From contig OZ004609.1 in NCBI GenBank assembly GCA_963924565.1, positions 13,330,001 through 13,394,000 of the forward strand: DNA of 64,000 nt. Reading direction: 5' to 3'. A program made the position numbers and the translations under genes. Of this stretch, positions 25,384 through 38,941 are shown one piece after another. Under the pieces are notes generated by a model. It ran no database searches. It was not told where the DNA came from and worked only from the letters and a program-made list of their open reading frames with translations. Each line of letters begins with the position of its first letter. Positions within the stretch are counted from its first letter, which is position 1. The DNA is from Ascidiella aspersa. Lineage: Eukaryota.

Positions 25384-25990
25384 CCTTAAACCATTTGACT
25401 TTTACGCTTGGTGGTAATCGATAACATCCTTGAATTGTATACAATTGTGTAGGTCTAGTTCTCTTATTCGAAATAAATTTTGTTTGCGGTGGTGTTGACC
25501 AAATATTACGCATAATCGGGAATAAGCAATCACTGTAACTAGAACTTGATATATTTCTTCAAAATTAGGGAACAAAAGAAACTTCATTGTTGCACGTTCT
25601 CATTTCCCAATGCTTTTCCGTTAGAAAGCGTAAATATGCCTGTTGTCTGCTTGTACCCAACTGGTTAATTTATAAAAACTTATAAGCGAGTTTAACGTAG
25701 GTTTTTTGGTCCAAGTAGCCCATCATATACCAATTAAGTAGTTTACGCATAGCCCATAGGGGTCCACGGACCCCCGTTTGAGAACCCCTGGCCTAGACTT
25801 TAATATATAAATATACACATTTTCTAAACAATCGTGGTTAAACCACATTAACACAACAATTAAAAGGTTTTGCTGCTTCTTTAATGCTGGTTGCATGGGT
25901 AGCGAAGAAAATAGAAACACAATATAAATCTAAAAATGACCACTTTTGAAGAGTAGGCTATATGCTGTTGAATGACAGGAATGTTACGGT

Positions 25991-28900
25991 CTACACCATC
26001 TTCGATCGTATCTGGTCATACTTTTGTAGAGTGATGCACCCGTGGTGCGAAATACCACAAGGAACGTTGCACTCGGATCTGATCACATTGCTGTCGGTAT
26101 CCAGGTAACTAACGTTTGACATTACTTTTCCCGTCTCGTCTCTTCCTCCAACAATAAAAATCTATAAGCGAAGTGAACAAAACTGTAAAAGTGTAAAGGT
26201 AAACCAGATCGTTTAAGGATTTAAATCAGATATCTTTATTTACTTTGACGTATATTTAGTGTCTATTTAATCATCTTTTTTGTCACCAATTTGTTTTATA
26301 ATGACTAAACAGACTGAGGGATAGTATTTAATAAACGAAAACTTTTAGAAAACAGATTGTTTTGGATGACAAGTAATCCGGTTAATGCTAAATCAATTAA
26401 GCCATTACTATAGTCTGTATAAGTGATGCTTGCTAACCTTGTCACTGCACAGTGTCACCCCACAACTAGCCCTCTCGGAGGTCAATTTCTCCCCCACTTG
26501 CTCCCAAATCGCAGAGTCAACATCAAACCGAAGCAGGCGTTTAAGTGTTCCCCCAACCACGTAGATCTTGCGGTTGTACGAGACAGCATTGATGCACTTC
26601 GCAGGTTCGGGCATCGAAGTCGAAAACCGCCAAAGATCGCTGGTAGGGTCGTACACCTTAAAACAATTTTAATAAATTGCGGTAATTGACTAGAGAAAAT
26701 TATGTGCATTGTATCACTGAGTGTTCAATCTATGGGTCACGACGGTTCGCCGACTGTAATACTTCACATGGTCAAGATCCGTCCAGATCAAATTTGAGAA
26801 AAATACAAAGACATCGCTGATTTTAATTCAATTCATTTTAATTTATACTATTTGTCTATTGTTTTGTTCAATTATAAAATGTTCAAAAAAAAAATGGGGC
26901 GCTTCCCCGTTATAGGCTGCCTACGCTTATCGTTTGGGTCGCCGCGAAAAAAGTAACGAAACACTGGTTATATCAAAACTTCAGGGAGCCAATGCGTGTG
27001 GGTCGCCTAATTTTTTTTGGTGTCGCCATAACTCACAATATTTCTGCGGTTTTAGAACGATTTACGTATTTTGTTTTCTTTACAATGACGTCATCTTAAT
27101 AAACGTGACTGAGTACATAGAAAAGATAATCTTATAAAATAGGTGTTTTTTTTAATAAATCATTTTGATGTACATATGTAGTCATAGTTCTCTGGAAATG
27201 TATAATTTCCCAAATTCACTCATGTTACGTAGTTCCAGCAGTATTATATATGAAAACAAAAATTGGGTCGCAATGTTAATTCTGATTTCAATTTATTTAA
27301 ATTGGGGTCGCTTATTAAAATGGTTGGAGACCACTGATCTATATCATGCAGTCCGCCATTGTTTGTAATAGGATATTTAACTGTGTCAATTTGCATAAAT
27401 AGTGACTATAAACCAGGGTTGGGTAACCTTTTGCGAAAAAAACAACTAAACAAAAAAACGAAATAAAGAAATAATAAAAGGTAATTGCACTATGTATTTT
27501 CGTTACGGTTCGAGTAAAATAAGCCGGTTATAAAACTCTAGTTGATTTAATAGAAACTGTATCGTCAATTTTGATCACATTTGTTCATGTAGGCGTGATC
27601 AATATATATACTTTCCACGTTTTGCCATATAAATATGTTTGGGTAAAGTAACAAACTCCTACCTGTACTTTTTCAGATGAGATTCGTACGCTGGGTCCAC
27701 CACCGATAACATAGATCATCTGATCGCACTCACAAACTGCTGCTGAGCTGACGCCTTCCATCATATGACGTTGTTCCTTCCATCGATTTTCTCTACGGTT
27801 TCAGCAAGTCACAAGTAATTAAGCAACCCACTGTTTCAACTATTAAATCCTTTGTTAATTGCCGTATATGTCTAATTCTAAATAGAGGAATCAAGCTTTC
27901 GCACAACCTTGCTTCATCTCTTTTTTTAACCTTGCTTCATCAGGTCAAAGCTATTATGTCTGTTGCGGTCTTACAATACAGTGCCACCTGACTCCTCTAT
28001 GAAATTGTATTTCTCTTTTACCTTGAATTATACTTTTCCAAGCTGTCGACCCTCAGTAAGCCGTCGTACCCTCCAACCACATACATATATCCTCCACAGG
28101 TTACCATACGGTGACGCCATCTGCCCGTGTTAAGTCCGCCGAGCTCGACCCACTGACGCAGGGAAGTAATGAACATCCACGCTTCCTATCGTGAAATAAG
28201 TCTTTAGACAGCCGAATGTCATATTACAAAATATAGTAATTTATTTCCTACTGTACTTCGTTTTAGGATTCGGTGCATATTGCGATAATAGCTTTAGGTT
28301 TGTAAAGAAGATAAAATGGTCTGTCAGCTGAGTTAACTTATAATAATAACTACCTTTCTGCTTTCCTTCCCTCCGCTTATTACAATGTTATTCTTCCATG
28401 ACACGCAGCCGAACTCCGCCCATTTCGACCTCTCAGGGTTGGCAGGGTTGGCAGGGTTGTTGCCGTTCGACTGAGAAGTTCTCCGCGTTGAGTTGCTGCT
28501 GTTCGGCAGCTGGCAAAGAGTGGCGCGTGTTTTGTGCTGGAAGTCCAACACTGACACTTCTCCGATGAACTTGTCATCTTTGTCACAACCACCGACCGTC
28601 ACAAAAACCTGTGTAAAACAGTAATATTCACACACACAAAAAAAAATAATTACAAAAAAATACATTTCGCGCCTATAAATTAGCCTTTTAGAGAACGCAA
28701 TTTCACAAGTTTCTTAATTTATCACTTACTTGGTGGACCAAGGCGCTCTGGCGAGGAACAATACGTGATCCCTCTGTGACGTCACCAATGGTTCGGTAAC
28801 GCCTTGCTTCCATAAGGAAATCAAATAGATCTGGGTTGTTTTTGATAAAAGGATGAGGTTCCACTTTCGTGACGAAATATGCCGGGTCGATCAAGGGAAA

Positions 28901-31900
28901 TTTGACCTTTACGTCGTTAAACATTTGTTATCTTTATTTTTAATATTAATGGTATTTGATAATTTTACAATTGGGTGCCTTTATATTAAGTTAAAAAAAT
29001 TGAGTAAAGAAAGTTTTAAAGGTGCTTGAACAGTGGTTGTTTACTGTGAGCCATGATAGGCCGCTTCTGCCTTTAAAAGGTGGTCCTGGGTTGTCAGCAT
29101 CTGGGGCCAATAATTTGCGAGGCACACTCAATAGTAGACTATATAAACTTCCTTGTTATTTAATACAAACGTTTGGGCAGTTTTTATTGATTAAATATGA
29201 CTTAGAGACCTTTCGCGTGACGTTCTGTGAAGTCTTCACTTTTTTGTTAAACGTGATCAGGAATCACAATTTCTTGAGCGTCCATATAAGGGGTACATGA
29301 CTAACGATAGGTTAAGAACCACTGGCCTATATAGCATAGCGTATCAACCTCTGACCCGACATTACACGTTTACCCAATAAAATTTAACTGGAATGTAATA
29401 TCGTTTAGGCCAGTGGTTCTTAAACTGGGGGGCGCGCGAGGTTCACAAGGGGGGCGCGAAAATTGACAAAATCTGTATTAATTATGACTAAACTTTATGG
29501 TGATTATTGAATGAACAACATCGAGTTATCACACATTACTTTTTTCTGTCCTGTAGAACAGGGGTCCGCAAATACGGGGTCGCGACCCAAATTTGGGTCG
29601 CGGGACCATTAAGTTTGGGTCGCAAAAGCCTTAATATTTTTAAAAGCGGCCTATATTTGGTAAGTTTTTTTAATTGTTTTTATGAAGAGCCGTCTTACTT
29701 TGAGCGCGACTAGACTTGTCAAGCGAAATATATACACCAAGACCCGTGAAATATCGTGAGACCTTTGTTCAATCCAGGCTATGGGAAAGAGAGCTCGCAA
29801 TCCAACACTGTTATGGGCATTACCACACCAAACTAATCTGCTGAGCCGGAATCTGGGTTTACTTCCTATTATATGCTTTTTTAAAAACGCTTTTTAGCCC
29901 GTTTTCTGTAAGTTTTTTCTCAGACCAAACGTGACGTGCGCATGACAACTATAGGCCTAAGTAGGAAATTTGTCGTAGTATGAAAGCACATAATAAAAAA
30001 AAAATTGTCGTAGCATGAAAGAAAATTTAAAAAGCCGAGAACTTGCTGAGTTTGCTTTGGCCAGCGACTTGGTAAAGGTTGCCGATTTCTGTCTAAAAAT
30101 GTATATTGTCCCCTGAAAAATCCTTAGATCCGCGCCTTATAATGTTGAGCTTATAGTGTTAAGTTTCCTAAAACGATTGCGAGACGTCGAGCATTTTTGG
30201 TGAGTTGCACCCAGTTTAGGCCTGCAGCACCAAAAAATCATTACACACCTTGCCAGTAATTATTGCACTAAACTAAGTAGCGGACGGGGGTTGAAGGGGT
30301 TTGAGTTGGTGGGGGCTCCTACCCCAAGAGTACATATTGGTTGCTAAATCATATTTGTCATCCGAATGAGACATCACAAGTAGTAAAACTCGAGGCATCT
30401 TTTTAGTTGTGTTACAGAACCCATCAACAAAGCACATAACATAGATTTGTCATAATAAATAGAAACACAATAGTTGCCGTTTTTTTAGCAAAGCTATTTT
30501 GTTAAAACCATCTCGAAGAATTTGGGTCGCAAGACCTCGGTACTAGTAATTAGGGGTCGCGCCAAAAAGTAATTGCGGACCCCTGCTGTAGAATATTCCT
30601 GTTGATTTTAAGGTTAGTATTTTCGTTTTGTAAGATGATTCCACAAAAACTTTATGCTTACGCATTAATCACGTGATTAAGTTACCCGCTCTGATCGGCC
30701 ATTCGAGAAAAACATGGTGTGTGCCGCATCACACATTAATTTTTTTCTGTCCTGTACAATATTCCTGTTGATTTTAAGGTTAGTATTTTCATTTTGTGAG
30801 GAGATGATTCCACAAAAACTTTATGCTAACGCATTATTCACGTGATTAAGTTACCCGCTCTGATCGGCCATTCGAGGAAAACATGGTGTGTGCCGCACGC
30901 ACGCATGCGATTAAAAACGATATTTGTTAATACCAAAATTTGTTTAATTTTTCGTACTGTTTAATAAATAGCTCAAATATTCACAGAGAAAGTGCTAATA
31001 CTGTTAATTGTTTGTTTCAGTTTGTTTCAGCCCAAAGGCGTCGAGCGTCTTATCGCACTATCAAAAAGTTTTTGCAACTTCAAACAATATAAGTTTTTTA
31101 TTTCTTTTCACGAATAGCTTTTGTAATAAAAGTAACACCACTCCAACCTATAACTTTAACAAAATAAACGAACTGTGTGGTGTACTTAAGTTTACTTTTA
31201 TGACGTCCGATTTTGATGCCAATTTGTGGCATTACGTTTTGATGTAACTCTGTGACGTAACGTTATGACGTAATTTCCCCCGCTTGCTCGAGTGTCATAT
31301 TCGTTATCTTTTGCTGCAAGTTTCGATTCCGGTGACCGTTATGAGTAACAAACATATAACTTGAATTGGAATACGAAATTTGGTCGCGAGTAAAAAAATA
31401 ACAATTCGAAAGTATAGATTGATAAAATCAATACATTTTACTTTATTAAAATTGTTATGTTTAATAAGGTTGTTTTTGTCCAACTTTACTTATTGAGAGA
31501 ATTAGGAAAATACTCGGTAATAAAAAGAAGCTTAAATAACAACATTTGTGTCAATTGCCATTCTTTTTACTTTTTAAAATGAAAAATTTTACAAAAAAAA
31601 ATCAATCATAATACTGCTCTATAACGTCGATTTGTGCATCCATTGTAACTTACATGTTTGAGAAGTTTGGGCAAATGTGGTTTTCGTTTTTCAGGAGAAT
31701 GTTGGCACCAAAACATAACGAGTTGAAACACTTGCTCCTCGTAGTGAATCATCAAATCACCACGGCACACCAAAGTTTCCAAGAGTTCAGTGGACAGTAC
31801 AACAATGTCCGATTTCTACATAGTGGCAAGTCTCGGGGATAACTAATTTAAGGTTAACAGAAGGGCAAGGAAAGTTTAACTTTATTTATAAGTATATTGT

Positions 31901-34900
31901 TGCTACCAGGCATTGTTCGATTAAAAATTGGTTATCCGGCAAACTTTTGATTGTGCCAACGTTTCAATGACTTCAGGTTATCTTCAACAAGGCAATAAAA
32001 CTTGCAACTTCGCGAAAAATTCATATAAATGCAGTCAAGAAATAAGACCACAATAAAAAACGGCGACTGAACAAAGCCAACAACAAGACAACGCTATTTT
32101 CACCTTGTTCGGTCGACCTGTTCAAATGCTTTTATCATTTGGCTGCATATTTTATATTTTTGCTAACTTGCAAGTTAATTGCCCTGATGACGATTACACG
32201 AATAGGTCAAAGAAACGTTGGTACAAACAATGAAAAAAAAATTGTCTGAACGAACAATTCCATAATTGTTAAACCTTATCTTGTATACTTACGCAAAACC
32301 GTAATATATATATTAAAAAGCGAAAAGACATTCTTAGTACGAAGATTTTAGTTGACCGACATAATTATTCCTAATCAAAAAAATATTATTGTTCAGTAAC
32401 CTAAAGCGTTGTGCACTTAAACACCAGCAAATAAAATTGGTTAACGACGTGTTAATCCCAATAACAGATATCTTGGAAGACTTTGAATTGATAGTTCTTG
32501 GAATTTTTATTGAATTAGTTAGGGTTCTGTTCATTGTTGTGATCAATGGTCAATGATCCGACTTTCGGTTTTCTATGCGACAATTGCTATAGCATCGAAA
32601 GAAGAGGAGTCAGCACACATAAATTAAAACAATGGCGCTTGAAAAAAGTTGACTCGCTAGATTTATATACTCACTTCCTGCAGCTGGTCAAAGCATGTGA
32701 CGCACTTGAGTCTTGCCAGCACCAGCAAATGATGTAGGTTGTGTGTATGAGCAAGCTCCATAATACCTGGCGCATTTTCTACGTCAAGTTCGCCCACAAA
32801 ATAGTTGGAACAAGCTTCCAGAACTCTCTCGAACTGATTAAAACAAAAAACACTTTATCCTATATGTTTTTTGTACAAATTGGCAACAATTAAAAAACAA
32901 CTTTTGTAAACAGCTAGTAGGCTTTAATTGAAGTGCAAATTCTCAAATTTATAACCATTGGCGGTTCATCGTGTCTATAGAGATAACCCTGTTGACCCCA
33001 AACAAATAGAAGTAAACGGCAAATGTTAAGAGCTAAATCTAACGACGAAACTGAAAACTGACCCCAACTGTTATTTATTCTCAACTTTATTCGTTGGTAG
33101 ACCACAACGTCTATTCAGACTACCTTGTTGACCACAAATAAATACAAGTAAACGGCAATTTTTGAAGATTAAACTAAAGACGAACATGAAAACTGATCCC
33201 CATTGTTATTTCTCATAGAATCTATAGTATAGAATCTATACTATAGATCAACTGTTAAGAAGATCTGCTCTAGTACAAGATTGGCAACAATGTTAGTTGT
33301 AGCGTATCATAAGCAATAATCATTAACCTGTAGTAGGCTTGCAGCCTCGAGGACACTTTGAACACTTTCGCGATTGATTTCTAAAAATGAAGTGTAGGAG
33401 TAACGAATAAGTATCTTCATAACGTCCGAAGATACTCCTCGGATTGTAACAGAGGGCTGGTTTCTTTCTTTGTAATCGTTGCAGAACATTGCCCTATAAT
33501 TTTTAATTTTATAAAAAGAGTTAAAAATTTAGTAGGCCTATAAAACGAGAAAGTATGTATAAGCCGTAAGCGTATCGTGCAACTATATGCATCGTGGTTA
33601 ACAGTGGAAAAATAGAGAAGGAATCATCTCGACGACATAGAATAACAGTAGGCCTAATATAACTTGACACTTAACAGCGCGTAGATTACCACAGAGCGAT
33701 GTTATAGTTAGAAGTCACAGCGTTTAGGGACGAAAAGTGTTAAAATAGAGTGTGGAAACATAGGGTCTTAGTTAACTTTGAAAAAAACCCTTTAGTTTCA
33801 GATACAGCATTACAAATATGAAGTAAATTAATCCTATACTTTTTAGATCTAGTCTAGTAAGTTAACGGGAACTTTATTTCCTCTTACATCATAATAACAC
33901 AATGCCTTTTTCTTTATTGGAATTTGGAAACAGCCGGAAATGACGCGAATAGAGAACTTAACCCGGCGATTCTTTAACTCTGTGTCTCGAGAGATTCTTG
34001 AGTTTGCCGCTAAACTTTTTATTATTTTAGAAAATAACCCATTCGTGTTCCAAATGGGCCTGCACTCCGCAGCATGCGGCATAAATGTAGACGATCTATT
34101 TGAAAACTGACGAAGTGATAATAATATATAAGTACTTAAACATACCTATTGTCTTGCGCTATATATAAAGTGTGATTGTCAAGTTATGAAACTGTTGTTT
34201 TGTTAAAATGGTGCCGCCAATATTTTCAAGCTAAGAAGGTTTGAGAACTACCGCAGCATTATTCTGAAATAAATTCTACAGTTTTGACAAATATTGAGCA
34301 ATCTCGTAAGTGTTAACGTTTTTTTGAGAATTTGAGATTTGATTATATTGATATTGACGTTGGTTTGTACAATACAAATATATCAATGGTAGCACTATCT
34401 TTAACCTACCTAAAATATTTGCTACTTGCAGCAAGAATCATTCGATGGCATAAGAATCGGTGATCATCAATTTGCAATGTGACGTCAGAAAACTGTCCAT
34501 CTAACGCCATTTCTCGAATGGAATCCTTTATTGAAAAGTAACACACAATATTAATCACGAAGCAACGATATCTAAAGCGGAATTATCAAAGGTTCCAGTA
34601 TAGTCGTTTCGGCCTAGTCAATACGACGCCATTTAGAGACGGGTGCTTTTCTGGTATCTAACTGATGCCCTTGTTTTGGGTTAGCTCTGGACAATTAGTA
34701 TGGTTAGAACTTGGGTTAGGGTTTGAATAATTGAGGAATTAGTGTTAAACAAAGGGGCGTTGTTTGGGATTCGGTAAGGGGTTGTTAAAATATTTTTCTG
34801 GTCGTTTAGGTCTTATTCCGACTATTGGCCATTAGTCCTATTTTGGTTTTATTACAAACTGTGTTTTATTTCGACATTAATTTAATTATATTTTGTGGTC

Positions 34901-36348
34901 TTGTTGCTGGAAACCCTTTTAATACGTTTATATGTGCCTTTTTCAAGGTATTTGACGATTTATTGACATATTTCTACCTGCATCAGTGAAGGAAAGTAGG
35001 GATCTGAATACTGAAAGTAAGCTGATGAACTATTTCCATGCGACTCCCTTGATTTAACGAAATCCTTACATTTTAGTTCCATGGCAAGTCGACAAACATC
35101 TGAAAAAAATAACATTTGTGCGAAAAAATAACACTAAATTCGCTTAAACAGAAATGGCAAGGGCTTTCAAACCACTTACAATGATTTGCATTCTAACTTA
35201 ATCAGTAAAGTTTATTTGAATGTAAATAGATAACGATTCCCGATTGTATAGAAAGAAAGTAAAACTTTAAGGAACCTTCCATGTAAATTAAATTACCGTT
35301 CACGGTAAGTTTTACATTTTTAAAGACGTAAGTCAATGACATAAAGTGCACTTAAGTCACTGCATTTATTTCGTAAAATGGGTTGTTTAAATTTGTGAAC
35401 TTAAAAAATGTAATTACTATTCGTTTCGTTTATGAATATTGCAATGTGAAATATTTCTTAGGAAGAAATTACATTACTCATTGTAATAATGTAACATTGT
35501 GTTATGTTAATTACTAGACCTGGAATTGACTTTCTATGGCAATCACTTAACTTATTTATTATTAATTAAAAAACGTTGACTCGGATTTAAGCTACTTTGC
35601 AAATGAACTGACAGGGGCGTAAGTTATTTAAAAAAAAAAAAGATTTACAAAATGGTAACTGGTAGTATAGGGCCATACCAGTCTAGTCATTGTGAATTGT
35701 AATGAGTAATGACCTACCATCTGACGCTTGCTTATCGTTGGGTGATAATTGATTTTCCAGACCGGAACTTCCTGGTGCAGACATAAGGCATGGTACAGAG
35801 GAGTTAGGCAATATCGACAAAAGATTAACGTTTGGTTTCTCAAACAGTTCGCTCATGTTAATGTACACGTGTTTATCTTCCGGATCGGGTTGCACTGATT
35901 GCACATCCTCCGCAATGCCAGGGGTTTCATTGTAATCTTCAACGGGTGTTGTATTGTCGTCGTTCTGCGCTAAAACATATTGTCCTGGTGTGTCACTGTC
36001 GCATATTTGGTTGGCGCAAATGCTGCTTGTAGTTGCACACTGTTCCACCTCATCAAGACTCGAGTCAGAGTCTTGACTGTCTGGAACATTGGCACGTAAT
36101 TCGGCGAGGTGGGTCTCCGTCACTTTGGATGGCAAGGTAAGCGAATTATTTGGGCAATTGAGGGACTGACTTGTCGAGGCTCCAGTGCTCTCATCAACAT
36201 TTGAGTAGGTCTTTCGCAATGTTCGTTTCAGCTTTTTAATTCGTGATGCCACCCTTTCAGACGAACTGTAAGTTACTTTCTTCAACTTTTGCGCAGATCT
36301 ACAGCTTTCCGCCATCTCTTCGTTGTCAGTTGAATTAAGGGAGGACAT
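25991..36348 (-). CDS. KLHL24: Kelch-like BTB-BACK-Kelch CUL3 adaptor, KLHL24/KLHL35-like
   Basis: Exons 36348-35718, 35099-34978, 34525-34410 (FSDVTLQIDDHRFLCHRMILAASSKYFR), 33493-33328 (AMFCNDYKE), 32833-32675, 31815-31654, 28906-28730, 28608-28354, 28185-28022 (VVGGYDG), 27792-27663 (IYVIGGGP...SEKVQ), 26656-26438, 26161-25991 (IVGGRDE...SHHGCITL, TAG). AMFCND, GGGP..S.KVQ and HGC.T motifs match KLHL24. Confidence 0.85.
27891..27946 (-). ncRNA. Minimal type-I hammerhead ribozyme-like motif (Penelope-type), stem-II loop expanded by duplication
   Basis: Minus strand: gac CTGATGA a GCA [29-nt loop containing duplicated GATGAAGCAAGGTT] TGC GAAA GCTT gat. Confidence 0.6.
29559..30585. mobile_element. 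hAT Buster-like non-autonomous element (~1.03 kb)
   Basis: Perfect 13-bp TIR CAGGGGTCCGCAA / TTGCGGACCCCTG; perfect TSD CTGTAGAA (29551-29558, 30586-30593); GGGTCGC subterminal motifs. Confidence 0.95.
30586..30898 (+). repeat. ~170-bp tandem duplication (first unit interrupted by the 29559-30585 MITE)
   Basis: ATCACACATTA..TTCTGTCCTGTA(G/C)AATATTCCTGTTGATT...ACATGGTGTGTGCCGC occurs twice (29528-29558 plus 30594-30727; 30728-30897). Confidence 0.9.
31945..32235. mobile_element. Inverted pair of diverged Penelope-like terminal fragments, each with a degenerate hammerhead core
   Basis: Arms ~31945-32050 (-) and ~32130-32235 (+) are homologous; cores TTGAAGA..GAAACGTTGG and CTGATGA..GAAACGTTGG. 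Confidence 0.55.
32993..33212 (+). repeat. Diverged ~135-bp-period direct repeat in KLHL intron
   Basis: TTGACC..AAATA.AAGTAAACGGCAA...GACGAA..TGAAAACTGA.CCC.A.TGTTATTT occurs twice. Confidence 0.7.
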
Positions 36349-38941
36349 TGTCTAATTTATAAACATTGTGGTGAAAACTAAGGATTAAAATAATATTACA
36401 TCTGTGTTTTGGAAATTTCAGCGATTTTTTGTTTGCTGTAGTAGCTCTCTCTGCTTTTTTAGTCGCAATTTATGACGGTAAAAATTGTCTTGGATACAAC
36501 AGAATAACAGGACTTTTTTTGTTCACTTTTCAAGGCATTACGAATCAAGTTCAGAATTGTTTAGTTAAAATGTGCCATACGTTACAGGGCGGTCCTCCAA
36601 TATTCTTTTATTTTTTCCATCATGCAAGTATTTTAAACCGTTTTTGTTCCATCGAACAATTCTTTCGGCTCATTATAGCCCATAAAACGCTGCAAGCTTA
36701 GGTTTACTTTTAATAATAAACTATGTTTAAATTGTTAAGCAGCAAAAAGTTTTGCCATGTTTCTGCTAACAAGTAATTCAATATATTTTTCCTATGAGCA
36801 GAATGCGCTAGCGTGTATTGCGGCTACAATATTGGTATTTATAACTTTTGAAGATGGAAGTTGTTCGTGATTAACATCTTACATCAGTCGGATATATGTA
36901 GAAATGGGACAAAACTATGTATTTAATTATCTTTCCGATTTGCATAAACGATTTAAGTAACTATAGCGCTAATTTTAGCATTACAATGATGGCATACATA
37001 TTACGAGACAGATTTTTTTAACAGCGATCTGCAGTCAATTGAAATGGCAGCCTACTATACTACTGGGCATTACCCACAATTTGGGAACCACTGCAGCAAC
37101 CCCAATAAACTAAGCTAAAAATATATTTGTTTAGTTGCTAGCCTACCTTATTACTGGGGATATTAGGCTTAACAATTGATTGTACGCTTAGTTTTAAAAT
37201 CCCATCAATATAGGGAAAATAAAAGACTTCTTGTATTTCACAATGCTGCCATTTTAGCCATGGAGTAACATTATTTTCCAATCACCATTATATCCCTCCG
37301 TCCATAACTGTCACTATTAGTACTTGCCGCCAACGAATTTGTGTTTAGACACTACTATATTAAAAATAGGTGCCATCACATTTTACACTAACAGTCTAAC
37401 ACTCTTCCAAGTCACTTACATTAACTGGTTCAATTGGTAAAAATAAACTTTCAATCTTCCTATAACGCTAGATCTCATGAATTTGACTTACTAGCGAATA
37501 AGTTCTCGCATGAAGGTGCGGAATTTCATCATTTACAAATAACTTTATATGCCAAACGCCATTGTACACTGACTGCTACAATATGAACTAACACAATGCA
37601 GGCACCAGGGCAATGCACAGGAAGGCAGAGTTTCCTGTACGTAGCAGCAACAAAATACTGGCGTCATCAAGGGTTTCTGCAACTGGTGTAGTCGACTTAC
37701 CAGTTGGACATCAAACTGCATAATGCAGTTTCAAACAAATGTAAAACGTTGACTTCAAGTAACTGTTTGTCGCGACGGATTCCAAAAAAATCTTAAAAGG
37801 CTAATTCTGGTCACTCAGCATAAGTGAAAGTGTGTCCAGTCTCTATCTTCATAAAGGTTGACTAAACAGAACACCAATTTGCTTTTCTTAGGCCGTTCTA
37901 CAAGAAGACACATGCTTACTTTTGGGAAACCTCAATCTAACATACTAAGGTATAGGTTACACCTTCAATATTCTCACAGTTACTTCAGCGCCCGACCTAT
38001 CACGTGCATTCTGTTTGCAACACCAACTTCTCTGTCCGCGGAGTAGTTCATGAATCGACTGAAAACGCATCATCAAGTCGTTATATGCGAAACTTGCGAC
38101 CTAATTCATGCATCATACACGGAACGCTTCTTTCACTGTCTGACACGTCAACATGATAATTTACGCTATCACTTGTTTAGGCGCCAACACGAAATCTGCA
38201 GCGATTAACTTTGAATGTATTTACATTTTGTCCTAAAGTGCATTAGTCATACAACCTTACGGTTATGGTAAAGTGGAAAACAAACCGGAAATTTTAACAA
38301 TAAATATATTTTCGGAAATTTGATCGAAACACATCCAACCTCGAAACACGCGCAAAGCAAAAAAACAACGTAGCGAAAAAACAGAATGAAGCAATCAAGC
38401 TCGATACAAATTGATGCATTACTTTCCACGCACAATCATCTAGTCTTTCCACACGGGGGTTGTTCGCATGTTATAATGAGAATGCCAAATGCGTGCCTTC
38501 CAGACAAACTAGAGCTTACCGGAGGGCACTTTAAAAAGAAAAAACACCTCCACCAACAAAGGACAAGTCATTTAAATAAACTTTTGCAAAATGCAATTTG
38601 AAATAACAAATCCTAAAGTGCGATTTGAATAAGCAAAATCGTTTTTTATTATAATAAATAAATGTATGTTTAAAAATTATAAGCCTAACGGCATTATAAA
38701 CCGAAAGGTGGCCATTTCGCTTCTTTAAACTATATTTCTAAATAATATGCCTCGAGTCACCATATGAAATAACACCTACATAACTTTCTGGCATATATAT
38801 ATGATTATTTAATTTTTTAACGCGTTGAAAAACGTTGGCCCGGTGATGTTAGCGTTGCATATTTCACGTGCGAGTTTCTTGCGGTTGTGCAACTTCGAAA
38901 AGGGAAGAGAATAAAAGCGTATACACTACAGCGTTGTTTAT

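Noticed and set aside
38056-38100. Weak hammerhead-like strings (CTGAAAA..GAAAC here; CTGATGA..GAAA at ~58300 minus)
   Set aside because: Core or stem II/III requirements fail at several positions; compatible with chance.
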